From: Laetmonice hystrix
Lineage: Eukaryota
Assembly (NCBI GenBank): GCA_965235115.1
Contig: OZ249448.1
Coordinates: forward strand, 20,460,001 to 20,524,000
Length of the DNA stretch: 64,000 bases
Direction of reading: 5' to 3'
This document shows, piece after piece, positions 24,401 through 36,400 of this stretch. Numbering within the stretch: the stretch's first letter is position 1; the number at the start of each line of letters is the position of its first letter. The translations under genes were made by a program, and so were the position numbers. The notes under the pieces are model-generated. The model ran no database searches, was not told where the DNA came from, and saw only the letters and a list, made by a program, of their open reading frames with translations.

Positions 24401-27400
24401 CCCTCTGGTGTCGCCATGACAAACCACGGCCGGTGACAATCACCACGGTCAAGTTGGAGCAGGCCACTGCGGACACTTCAAACATAAAACCATCCAGTAC
24501 AACAAATGTACTAAGACCTGGTAAATCTGCTCTGTTCACAGGTTGGCCGTGGAGATGGCTGTCAGGTTGGAGCAGGCCACTGTAGACACTTCAAACATAA
24601 AACCATCTCGTACAACAAATGCACTAAGACCTGGTAAATCTGCTCTGTTCACAGGTTGGCCGTGGAGGTGGCTGTCAGGTTGGAGCAGGCCACTGTAGAC
24701 ACTTCAAACATAAAACCATCCAGTACAACAAATGCACTAAGACCAGTCTGGGAAATCTGCTCTGTTCACAGGCTGGCCGTGGAGATGGCCGTCAGGTTGG
24801 AGCAGGCCACTGTAGACACTTCAAACATAAAACCATCCAGTACAACAAATGCACTAAGACCAGTCTGGTAAATCTGCTCTGTTCACAGGTTGGCCGTGGA
24901 GGTGGCTGTCAGGTTGGAGCAGGCCACTGTAGACACTTCAAACATAAAACCATCCAGTACAACAACTGCACTAAGACCTGGTAAATCTGCTCTGTTCACA
25001 GGTTGGCCGTGGAGATGGCTGTCAGGTTGGAGCAGGCCACTGTAGACACTTCAAACATAAAACCATCCAGTACAACAAATGCACTAAGACCAGTCTGGTA
25101 AATCTGCTCTGTTCACAGGTTGGCCGTGGAGGTGGCTGTCAGGTTGGAGCAGGCCACTGTAGACACTTCAAACATAAAACCATCTCGTACAACAAATGCA
25201 CTAAGACCTGGTAAATCTGCTCTGTTCACAGGTTGGCCGTGGAGATGGCTGTCAGGTTGGAGCAGGCCACTGTAGACACTTCAAACATAAAACCATCCAG
25301 TACAACAAATGCACTAAGACCAGTCTGGTAAATCTGCTCTGTTCACAGGTTGGCCGTGGAGGTGGCTGTCAGGTTGGAGCAGGCCACTGTAGACACTTCA
25401 AACATAAAACCATCCAGTACAACAAATGCACTAAGACCAGTCTGGTAAATCTGCTCTGTTCACATCTTCATGAAATGACATGAAGAGTGCGGATGGTTCC
25501 AGCTCAGAGGTCATTAAACCAATGATCAGATCTTGGACTAATTAACTAATTAATTACCCCAAGGTCAGACAGGATGCCCCTGTCGGATGACCTGACCGAC
25601 AAGAACAACCCCACTAACGGACCGGGTTCGAAGAGTTGGCTCTGACTTGATAACATGTGTATTACTTTGTAAAACACTTTCTATTTGATCCCGATGACTT
25701 GTTATCAAATCCCTAAGACTAGAGTGATTGTACTCGGAATATCTTCTCTCCAGAGAGTGATCGGCTTATAGAGAACGAACCAAACCACTTCCACCACTCT
25801 GATCGTACCGTACGTATGGCTCACTCAGCCGGCTATACACTCAACAATTCTGTCGCGGCGACCGAGTCGTGACGACAGAATCGCCTAGTGTGTCATGACA
25901 TGTTGCTTGTCTCTTCCTTGTCGCGGCGATAAAATCTCCGTTGCCTTGAAATAGAAACGTTCTATTTGGCGCAACTGGTCGCACGAAACCAACCAATCAT
26001 CGTGCGTTGCACTCCGTTGAAAGTGACCAAGGGAATCTTTCTTTTTAAAACATAGAACATTTTTATACTATTTGTTTAGGGATCAGTCAGGACTTAAAAA
26101 AACACGGGGGCGCACCCCCCCCCCCCCGCCTCACGCATGTGTGTGTGAACCACGTTCCCCGACATACACACGGACCCACACACTAGTTCTCCGTCGGCAC
26201 CCGCCATTTCGGAGCACTGATCGCAAGCAATAAAATGATCGCCCTGACCTAGGTTACCCAGTGTGGTAACTCACCTTAACCAAGACAATCAGCTTATGTA
26301 AACCATTAGCTTCCATTGTCTGGAAGGCCATAATCCCAGCCTACAAGGAACCAAGAGGTAGAGAAAACTGGCTCAGCAAACCGTCTAAACCAGAGCAGTC
26401 ACAACACCTTGCCATGTCGTTAAATTTAATTAATTTCCCGGCCTTAGTTTTCAAGAAAGCTGTCATTTCAGCCACTTTCCTTAAATTCCCCCTACTTTTT
26501 TTCAAAATGACAGAAAGAAGACTGTCACTGGTGGACTAGCAATGATTAAAGCGTGGCTGATAGTTTTTAGTAGTTGCGAGTATAATTCCTTGGGCCTGTA
26601 CTGACGCCAAACACAACCAATATCCGTTAGTAGGCGTGATTAACAGTTTCCTGCGGCAGATTTCCATTAGTATGACAAGGACCATGATAAAGGGGGTCGC
26701 TCACATGGAGGGGTGGGAAAGGTTAGATTATGACACGTTACCTTACCCCCTCCCTCTTCTCACGGTAATATCCAACACTTCACACACTTGGATGGGACAA
26801 AATACAAGAAACAAGACAGGATTATGCCAACTCTTTCACGTTCATGTCACTGCGCTAAACGGCTTTCTACCCTACAGTGTTATATATTTCTACCATACAG
26901 TTATATTTCTACTAGACACTGTTATATATTTCTACCAGACAGTGTTATATATTTCTACCATACACTGTAATATACATGTATTTCTATCATACAGTGCCAT
27001 ATACCCTATATTTTAGTAGTGAGCTGGCTAGAAGTTAAAACTCTTTCGCACAAAAAACTATTTTAAACTGCACCCCCCTTCGAAATCTGAACTTGGAGTG
27101 AAAGGGTGGAGTTGGGTCGCCCCCCCCCCCCCCCCCCGCCAGTCCACTTACAATGAGATCCCGTTGATGCCTGCAGAAATGGGAGCACCAAAATACCCTC
27201 GCCCTCCGCCCAGGTCGGCGTTAGTGTCGAACCCTCCTTGTGTGGCGTTGGTAGGCAGGAGGTCAGTCCTGGGGTCAAAGGTCAGACCTGAGGGGTGCGA
27301 CTGGCCGTGGAGACGGCGACAGCAGCAGCAGCAGTGGCAGTCATCTCCCCAGCCACGTGGGTCACAGCCACGTGGGTCGCCGCCACGTGGGTCGCCGCCA

Positions 27401-30400
27401 CGTGGGTAGGCGGGGTAGGAGCTGTAGGTACAGTAGGTCTGCGGGGCCCCTACCATCTGTAAGGTTCCCCGCCAAAAATGGGCAAATAGCATCCTCTCCT
27501 TTAGCGACATTCTGTCAGTATTCACTGCCAACAGTCAGCAGCAAACATTCTGTCAGTATTCACTGCCAACAGTCAGCAGCGACATTCTGTCAGTATTCAG
27601 ACTGCCTGGACATACCGTCCTCCGGGCAGAGAATACCGGACTCCAGGCAGAGGCTACCGGACAACATTCCATGCTCAATCTCCGATCACTGCTCCAATGA
27701 ACCATGACAGTGCATCCTGCAGGGGCTGCGGTATATCGCACTTCAACACACTTATGCAATGGTCCATGACACCCCACCCTGAACGCACTTATCCAATAAT
27801 CCGTCACGAGCCTAAGCCAGCAGCAGGTTCCCGCGCACTGTGGTGGTTGATCGTATTCCAATAATGCTTGGCCAATACTTGAACGGCTATTATCAAGTCA
27901 AGCGTGAAACAGGACCGCGAACCGTGGTCAGCTGGCACTGCCAGGGCTCTGACGGGCACTGCCGGTGCTGGGAGGGAGCTGACTGGGGCGGCGTTCCGGA
28001 GGCCTGTGAAGTGGTGCTGATTGGATGGTAGTGAGTGGGGCGAACACCTGCGGGCCGTGGAGTGGGAGGAAGGGGTGGGGGTATGGGAACCGGCGGCACG
28101 CGAACCGCGCAGCACGACACGAGGCAAGGCATGCTGTGCCGAACGTGAACCCAGGGGTACACTGTAGGAACGGGATCTACGATGGACACCTCCCCCCCCC
28201 CCGGCACCTCCCTCTATCCGGGCACACTCCCATTGATAGGATCACCTGACTCTGCCCATTGACAGTGGCTGAAAAACTCTTTCCCAGCCCCACCTACACC
28301 CCAGCCACCCTCCGCCCTGGCAGGTCACAAAACGATTCCCGGGCAGGTCACAAAACGATTCCCAGGGCAGGTCACAAAACGATTCCCAGGGCCGGTCACA
28401 GAACGATTCCCAGGGCAGGTCACAGATCGATTCCCAGGGCAGGTCACAGAACAATTCCCAGGGCAGGTCACAGAACGATTCCCAGAGCCGGTCACAGAAC
28501 GATTCCCGGGCCGGTCACAGAACGATTCCCAGGGCAGTTCACAGAACGATTCCCAGGGCAGGTCACAGAACGATTCCCAGGGCCGGTCACAGAACGATTC
28601 CCAGAGCCGGTCACAGAACGATTCCCAGAGCCGGTCACAGAACGATTCCCAGGGCCGGTCACAGAACGATTCCCAGGGCCGGTCACAGAACGATTCCCGG
28701 GCCGGTCACAGAACGATTCCCGGGCCGGTCACAAAACGATTCCCAGGGCCGGTCACAGAATGATTCCCAGGGCAGGTCATAGATCGATTCCCAGGGCCGG
28801 TCACAGAACGATTCCCAGGGCAGGTCACAAAACGATTCCCAGGGCCGGTCACAAAACGATTCCCAGGGCAGGTCACAGATCGATTCCCACGGCTGGTCAC
28901 ATATCGATTCCCAGGGCCGGTCACAGAACGATTCCCGGGCCGGTCACAGAACGATTCTCGGGCCGGTCACAGAACGATTTCCGGGCCGGTCACAGAACGA
29001 TTCCCGGGCCGGTCACAGAACGATTCCCAGAGCCGGTCACAGAACGATTCCCAGGCCGGTCACAAAACGATTCCCAGGGCCGGTCACAGAACGATTCCCG
29101 GGCCGGTCACAGAACGATTCCCAGGGCCGGTCACAGAACGATTCTGTACCAACTGCATGCATTAAGAAGACGTCCGAATAACTTTAACTCTTACTGGGTG
29201 GAGAGTCCTAGTTCCACTCAAACCTCGCAATAATCACCCAATCATCTGCTAGTTACCTCACCACCAATCAGAGACCCTGTCGGCATCAATCCCGACAGTA
29301 CGGCCCCCTGGTGGACCTTCCGTTCACTACGACTGGATCACCTTGACAGAAGATCGTACAAAGTGAACAAAACAGACGAACTGGAACTGGAAGCACATCT
29401 TCGCAGGGTCGTGGAGAGTAGGTTTACAGAAACCCGACAAAAGATATCGATGACTGACATAATCAGATTAATAAGCACCACCTGGCGGGCTTGAGGCGCA
29501 CCGAGCCGGTCGATCTGACATGAACGGCGAGGTGCGTGCTAGGGTTCCTTCCTCATGGCGTCATTCCCACCAAATCTGGGGGTAACTACCGTAAAGGATG
29601 AGGGTCAAGGGTAGGGTTGGGGATAGGGATATGTTTCAAGAGGAGGTCTGGAGAGAGGGGTTAGGTTTGAGCCTAGGAACAGTGAAAGATCTTTAGTTCT
29701 ACATGTCCATGTAACCATGGGGGGTCCACCGTGAGCGGGGCGGCGTTCAGTGAGCGTCCACAGGTGCGGTGATCACTCAGGTAGGCAGGGTGCCGTGTGA
29801 GGACCCGTGGACACACCTGGCACAGCTCACCTGAATCAACCACCAATCACCTGGCCTCAGGTGGCTCTTCACGCTTCAACTGGTCTGTCTACACTATGGG
29901 AGTGAGTATAGAGTAACACCGTCATCCATCCAAACTTCCCAGACCCAACACCCCCTTCAAAGTCTCCTAACTTTTCAAACTCACTCTCACCGACATGATT
30001 TTAAAGATAAGCCAGGATCCACTGATGCCAGCAGGAATTTCGAGCACCGCTGCCTCCCTCGCCATTCTTGGGTGACCTGATCTGTTGGTTGTCCTTGGCC
30101 CTCCCTCCCACGCCTAGACATCTGCGCCCTGCCTCCCTTGTATTGGCCCGAGGAACATCAGAGGTTCGCGAGGAGTGCATCCTTTCTGTGGTTGTTTGTC
30201 TTGTTACAGTCAGGCCCCGATCGCAGCTGGCGCAGGTCATGCAAGGGGACCATCTCAAAGAAACCAACGGGAGGGTTCCGTCACTGTGTAAACCGAGAAC
30301 TCGACGGCCATAAAAACAACAAACAAAACATGCCAACTTTACTCTTACAGGCAGTCCCATTGGGATGCCAAAAACGGCTGTATGCTGCTTTGATAGGTCA

Positions 30401-33400
30401 TAGGAGCGGATGCAATCCACGATCTATAGCGTTCCATGCCGAGCCGCTGCCAAATTGTTACTATTGAAAATATCCTGGCGGCAGACCGAGCGACATACGC
30501 CAATATGGTTCATCTGTCACTCACGGTCAAAGTCAGACCAGCAGATAGATATCTGTAGTAAACTCAAGCCAGCAGACAGATATCTGTAGTAAACTCAGAC
30601 CAGCAGATAGATATCTGTAGTAAAGTCAGACCAGCAGACCAGCAGACTAGCAGATAGATATCTGTAGCAAAGTCAGACCAGCAGACATATATCTCTAGTA
30701 AAGTCAGACCAGCAGACATATATCTCTAGTAAAGTCAGACCAGCAGACAGATACCTTTAGTGTGTTGGTTATACAGTGAGGACTTTCCCATTTCAGACTC
30801 TGCCCCCCATTGAAAGAGGGAGGGGGGGGGGGTAACACTACATTACGCGAGTAATAAGACTGTTGAATATTTCTCTTAAAAAAAGACATTTGGGTCATAC
30901 ATGAACTCATACTACATGGTAATGAAGGCTGATCCCCAAAATAATATCTCTACGAAATCTGGCGTCAATAAACCCCTTATAGTTATAATCCTCCCCCCCC
31001 CCCGCCCGACAGAGAACACCCCACTGTCGGCATAATACCGGTACGTATACATTATGTTATGAGGACCCGCAGAGGATTACACACCTGCCTACAGTACGAC
31101 TGATCTACGCGGATAAACTTCATACTGCTTTGATCATCAACAGTCGTCAAGTGTCTCCTTATCACACTGACGGCAATCCGGGAGACGGCTTGCCGGTGTG
31201 CACCGCCAGCCGGGTGTAGGTCACCCGGCGACTCAATGCCAGCAGGGACTGACTGAGGCCAGTGAGGGACTGACTGACTGGCTGACTGACTGACTGACTG
31301 ACTGACTGACTGAGGGACTGACTGTCTGACTGACTGACTGTCTGACTGACTGACTGACTGGGGGACTGANNNNNNNNNNNNNNNNNNNNNNNNNNNNNNN
31401 NNNNNNNNNNNNNNNNNNNNNNNNNNNNNNNNNNNNNNNNNNNNNNNNNNNNNNNNNNNNNNNNNNNNNNNNNNNNNNNNNNNNNNNNNNNNNNNNNNNN
31501 NNNNNNNNNNNNNNNNNNNNNNNNNNNNNNNNNNNNNNNNNNNNNNNNNNNNNNNGACTGAGAGATTGACTGATAGTCTGCGCTAATACCGTTAGTAGTA
31601 CGTTTGTATATAAAATGGCAGTTCTGCAGCAGCTGACTGACTGAGGGACTGTCTGAGTGACTGAGAGATTGACTGATAGTCTGCGCTAATACCGTTAGTA
31701 GTATATAAAATGGCAGTTCTGCAGCAGCTGACTGACTGAGGGACTGTCTGAGTGACTGAGGAACTGACTGACTGGCTGGGGAACTGACTGACTGACTGAC
31801 TGTCTGAGTGACTGAGAGATTGACTGATAGTCTGCGCTAATACCGTTAGTAGTATATAAAATGGCAGTTGTGTAGCAGCAGTAGGATCGGAGTCATGCTC
31901 CAAACCGTCCTTTCATATACTACTATCGTCGTCTACCACAAGGACTGATTGTCCCGAGTCGGTGGTGCGACCGGCCGAGCGCTCTGATCGCAGTGTTTTC
32001 AGGTTCTCATGCCCACCTCGGTACCAGTTCATCCAGAACTCCTCCAGTAAATTCTCTACCCACCTCCTCCAGGGACGGCAACCTGGAGGAGTACAACTGT
32101 GTGAATTGTGCCACAAAATGACGGCTGATTGAGATGGTGAAGGATGACGAGTGCCACTTGTACTGAGTGATCCCCGCGGGTAGTGTGAAACGCCCGTAAC
32201 TGGGTGAGTGGTGGAGTGGGGAGGTAGTACGGTTCGGTACGGTTCGGTACGGTTCGGTACGGTTCGGTACGGTTCGGTACGGTTCGGTTCGGGTGGTGGT
32301 GAGGGCCTTCATCCCCCCTGCACCTGCTGACCCCTGGTTAACCCCTCGGCCTGCATGTATTCGGGCTGATGGTCACGAATAGACATCCTGAAACGTCTTT
32401 AAAATAATCCATGGGCAAATCGCTAACTGAAAGCTTAAAAACTTATATCTATAATTGCCTTAACACTCTTACTATAGCTGAAGTTAGAAATTAATTTACA
32501 TCTCGATCTATACATGTGGAGGTTTTCTTTGGAATAATGTCATCAGCCAAGCCGGGTTGACGGGTCCTCCCTAGTCGGTCATATGACGGTCTTTCGGGAT
32601 CGTGTCAGCTTGGATCACCAGATGGCAGGTCGGTCGCGCCTCATCTCACAGGTCATGGATGGGGCCAGCCTCCAGCTTCCGCCTCCGGTACTGTTGTCGG
32701 CCACAGGTATCGACTCTACGACAAGTGTCAACAGGTCTGATCACACCAACCAGCCGGCATCTCCGCCCTCGGATCGTTCTGGTCAAACTGCCCGGCTGGA
32801 AGTCTCACTGACGTGGGCGGGGGAGAAAACGGGGAAACGGGGAGAGCAGAGCGTCAGTGACGGGTAGAGGGGGCATGACACGCCCACGTGCTACAAGGTC
32901 CCGGCACGCGAAGTTGTCAGTGTGAAAATGACCTGTACCTCATATAACAACGGTGAGAATCAACTCGAACCGACTCACCCGGAAACACCAATAACGACTT
33001 CTCCCTGATCAAACACCAATAACAGTTTCTCCCTAATCAATCACCAACAACCAGGGCTCAAACTTGACGCGCACAAAGAGAAAATTAGGGCCTTTCACCG
33101 CCAACTTTGGCCCGTAAACCTCCCAGGCTATTGGCTAGCTGCTAATTTCAGGAGTGCCTAATCAAACCGTTAAACCAACTTTTCCCTAATCGACCTGCGC
33201 CTGCCGGTCTCTCGGGCTGACAACCTGGCAGACAGACACCAAGACCCATAATGCTTCTGTTACTGGCCAACATGCACCAGCTTACCCTTTGACCCCCCTC
33301 CCCCCCGTGTCAGAGTCGACTGGCCTCAAACAAGTACGTGCTCAGTTATCACAACCCCACACCAGGCCGGAGCTTCATACTCCAATACGTACTCTAAGTA

Positions 33401-36400
33401 AACGTCTTTTTTCTCTGTTATTCTCCTGTATTAGATAATTATTCTCTAACCTTAACGGTCAGGTACTGCAATACGTTCACGTGTGTGTACTAAGTAAACG
33501 TCTTTTTTCTCTGTTATTCTCCTGTATTAGATAATTATTCTCTAACCTTAACGGTCAGGTACTGCAATACGTTCCCGTGTGTGTACTAAGTAAACGTCTT
33601 TTTTCTCTGTTATTCTCCTGTATTAGATAATTATTCTCCAACCTTAACGGTCAGGTACTGCAATACGTTCACGTGTGTGTACTAAGTAAACGTCTTTTTT
33701 CTCTGTTATTCTCCTGTATTAGATAATTATTCTCTAACCTTAACGGTCAGGTACTGCAATACGTTCACGTGTGTGTACTAAGTAAACGTCTTTTTTCTCT
33801 GTTATTCTCCTGTATTAGATAATTATTCTCTAACCTTAACGGGCAGGTACTGCATTATTGATAGCTTTCTCCCCATACAACTTGCAGTCGGAGCACGAAG
33901 ATCAGAATTTGTGTTTTTACTGGCTGGTCATAACATAATTCGGGTTCTTTCTAAAGCCTAAGCCTTTAACCAAAACAGAAAAGAAAAGAAAAAAAAAGAA
34001 GAGAACTCCAGGACTCATCCCGAGTATATCGAGACGCAATATGTACCAACCCTCCGAGCACGCACATTGTCCTGTAAGTACCATGCAGGTTCTCCCCCTC
34101 CCCGACCAATTTCCTGAGAACTACTCAGTCGTCCCGTGTTCCACGTAACCTGTATTCGTGCAGGCGTGCATGATCAAAGAAAGGATCAGGATCGGGAAGT
34201 TTTCTCACAAAAATCTCCCTTTTCTCCTATTACATGTTCTCCATGCACAAACAACTCCTAGCATTTTGCAATGTACATCATATATTTTCTATTCCTCACC
34301 TGATTTACAAAAATATTTCATTGATTTCGAGTCATTTCACCGAACTCGCGAGTCTGCATGAAGCGCGGGAAGGTAAAATTGTTCTTCCCTAACGACCCTG
34401 TCGTGAGGAGATAGTCATTTTAAATTCTACCGGTACTAATTCTCACGAACCCCCTTCCCACCAAATATCCTAGACCAGTCGGAGCCGGGTGGCAGCCGAC
34501 GATCGTGAGTGAGGAAATGTAGCTAAGCTCGCATGACTGGGTGTAATGCATGTTATATGAGGTGATCAATATTCCGGACAGCTTCAGGGAGTCCCCGGTT
34601 GGAATACCAAGGCCCGGTCCGGGACCGTGAGGCCGCCAGCGCCTCTACCGGATCATCCACCTGCCGTGTTTGGTCTGGCAACATAACGGCCTGATAAGGG
34701 CCGTGGTCAGCTGTAACGGGTTGTCTTATTGGTCGTTGCAACGTGTACAGGGTTCTGGCTGGGGTCACAGGGGGCAAAGTTACTATAAATATTCTGGGAC
34801 ATTGGCTCTTCATTCATATTCTAGGACACCCGTTCATCATATTCTGGGACACTGACTATTCATTCAGTGTCTGGGACACTGACCGTTCATCATATATTCT
34901 GGGACACTGACTATTCATTCAGTGTCTTGGACACTGACTGTTCACCATATTCTGGGACATTGACTGTTCATCATATTCTGGGACACTGACTATTCATTCA
35001 GTGTCTTGGACACTGACTGTTCATCATATTCTGGGACATTGACTGTTCATCATAGTCTGGGTACTGACTGTTCATCATAGTCTGGGACACTGACTGTTCA
35101 TCAGTCTACGACACTGTTCATCATATTAAGGGACACTGACTGTTTATCATATTCTGGGACACTGACTGTTCATTCAGTGACAGGAGGACTGACTGTTCAT
35201 CATATTCTGGGACACGGACTATTCATTCAGTGTCTGGGACATTGACTGTTCATCATATTCTGGGACATTGACTGTTCATCATAGTCTGGGTACTGACTGT
35301 TCATCATAGTCTCGGACACTGACTGTTCATCAGTCTACGACACTGTTCATCATATTAAGGGACACTGACTGTTTATCATATTCTGGGATACTGACTGTTC
35401 ATCGTAGTCTAGGATACTAACTGTTCATCATATTCTGAGCCACTGACTGCTCATCATATTACGGGACACTGACTGTTTATCATATTCTGGGACACTGACT
35501 GTTCATTCAGGTCTGGGAGTGGCACATCGGTAGTTCACCATTCATATTGCAGATCACTGGCCCGAACCAGGCCTGGTCCAGCCAAACCATCACCTTTCGT
35601 ACCACTCCACCTCTGGCTCTACATCAATTTAACAGTTCCCAGTTGAGGGTCATTCATCAACGCCGAGCAATCACATTTAAAATGCCGCTGTCAGAAGTTT
35701 AGTTGGCAATGAACGTGACTGTAACAGGGCTGCCCTCTGGTGGCTGTTTTCCACACTAATACGATGAGCATGGGTCAGTCGAGCTCAAGAAAAAAAACCT
35801 CAAGCCTCAACAGCAACGGTACCTGGCCATGGTCATTGTACATGTAAGGTATGAGTATATGTTTACAATTCCTTACACTGTACACAGACGACAAAATACC
35901 AGCGTACCGATTCTATTTGAACGAGTAGCAAGTATCAAGGGAACACTCCTGAATACCGGATTCTTCAGCAGGAGTAACTTAGAGGTTAAACAATGAAGGT
36001 CGATCAAATATTTTAAAACAAAAATTAGGTCATTGTTTATCACTGTTTGTACGATACACACACCGAGGACAAACAGTAAGTCCACATGAAAACGGTCCAG
36101 ATCACTCTGCCTGGCCACTGTTTGTGGGACAATATGCTAGCCTGTCACTAATACACAATACCAGTGTACAATACACACACAGAGGACAAACAGTAAGTCC
36201 ACACGAAAACGGTCCAGACCATTCTGCCTGGCCACTGTTTGTGGGACAATATGCTAGCCTGTCACTAATATACACAATACCAGTGTACAATACACACACT
36301 GCGGACAAACAGTAAGTCCACATGAAAACGGTCCAGACCACTCTGCCTGGCCACTGTTTGTGGTACAATATGCTAGCCTGTCACTAATACACAATACCAG

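Noticed and set aside
28259-29233. 324-aa ORF (RAGHRTIP repeats)
   Set aside because: Translation of the 23/24-bp minisatellite, with internal frame switching.
30001-30420. 139-aa minus-strand ORF with a nearby acceptor and donor
   Set aside because: No recognisable domain, modest splice sites, and composition unlike the SRRM2 exons. It cannot be distinguished from a chance pseudo-exon.
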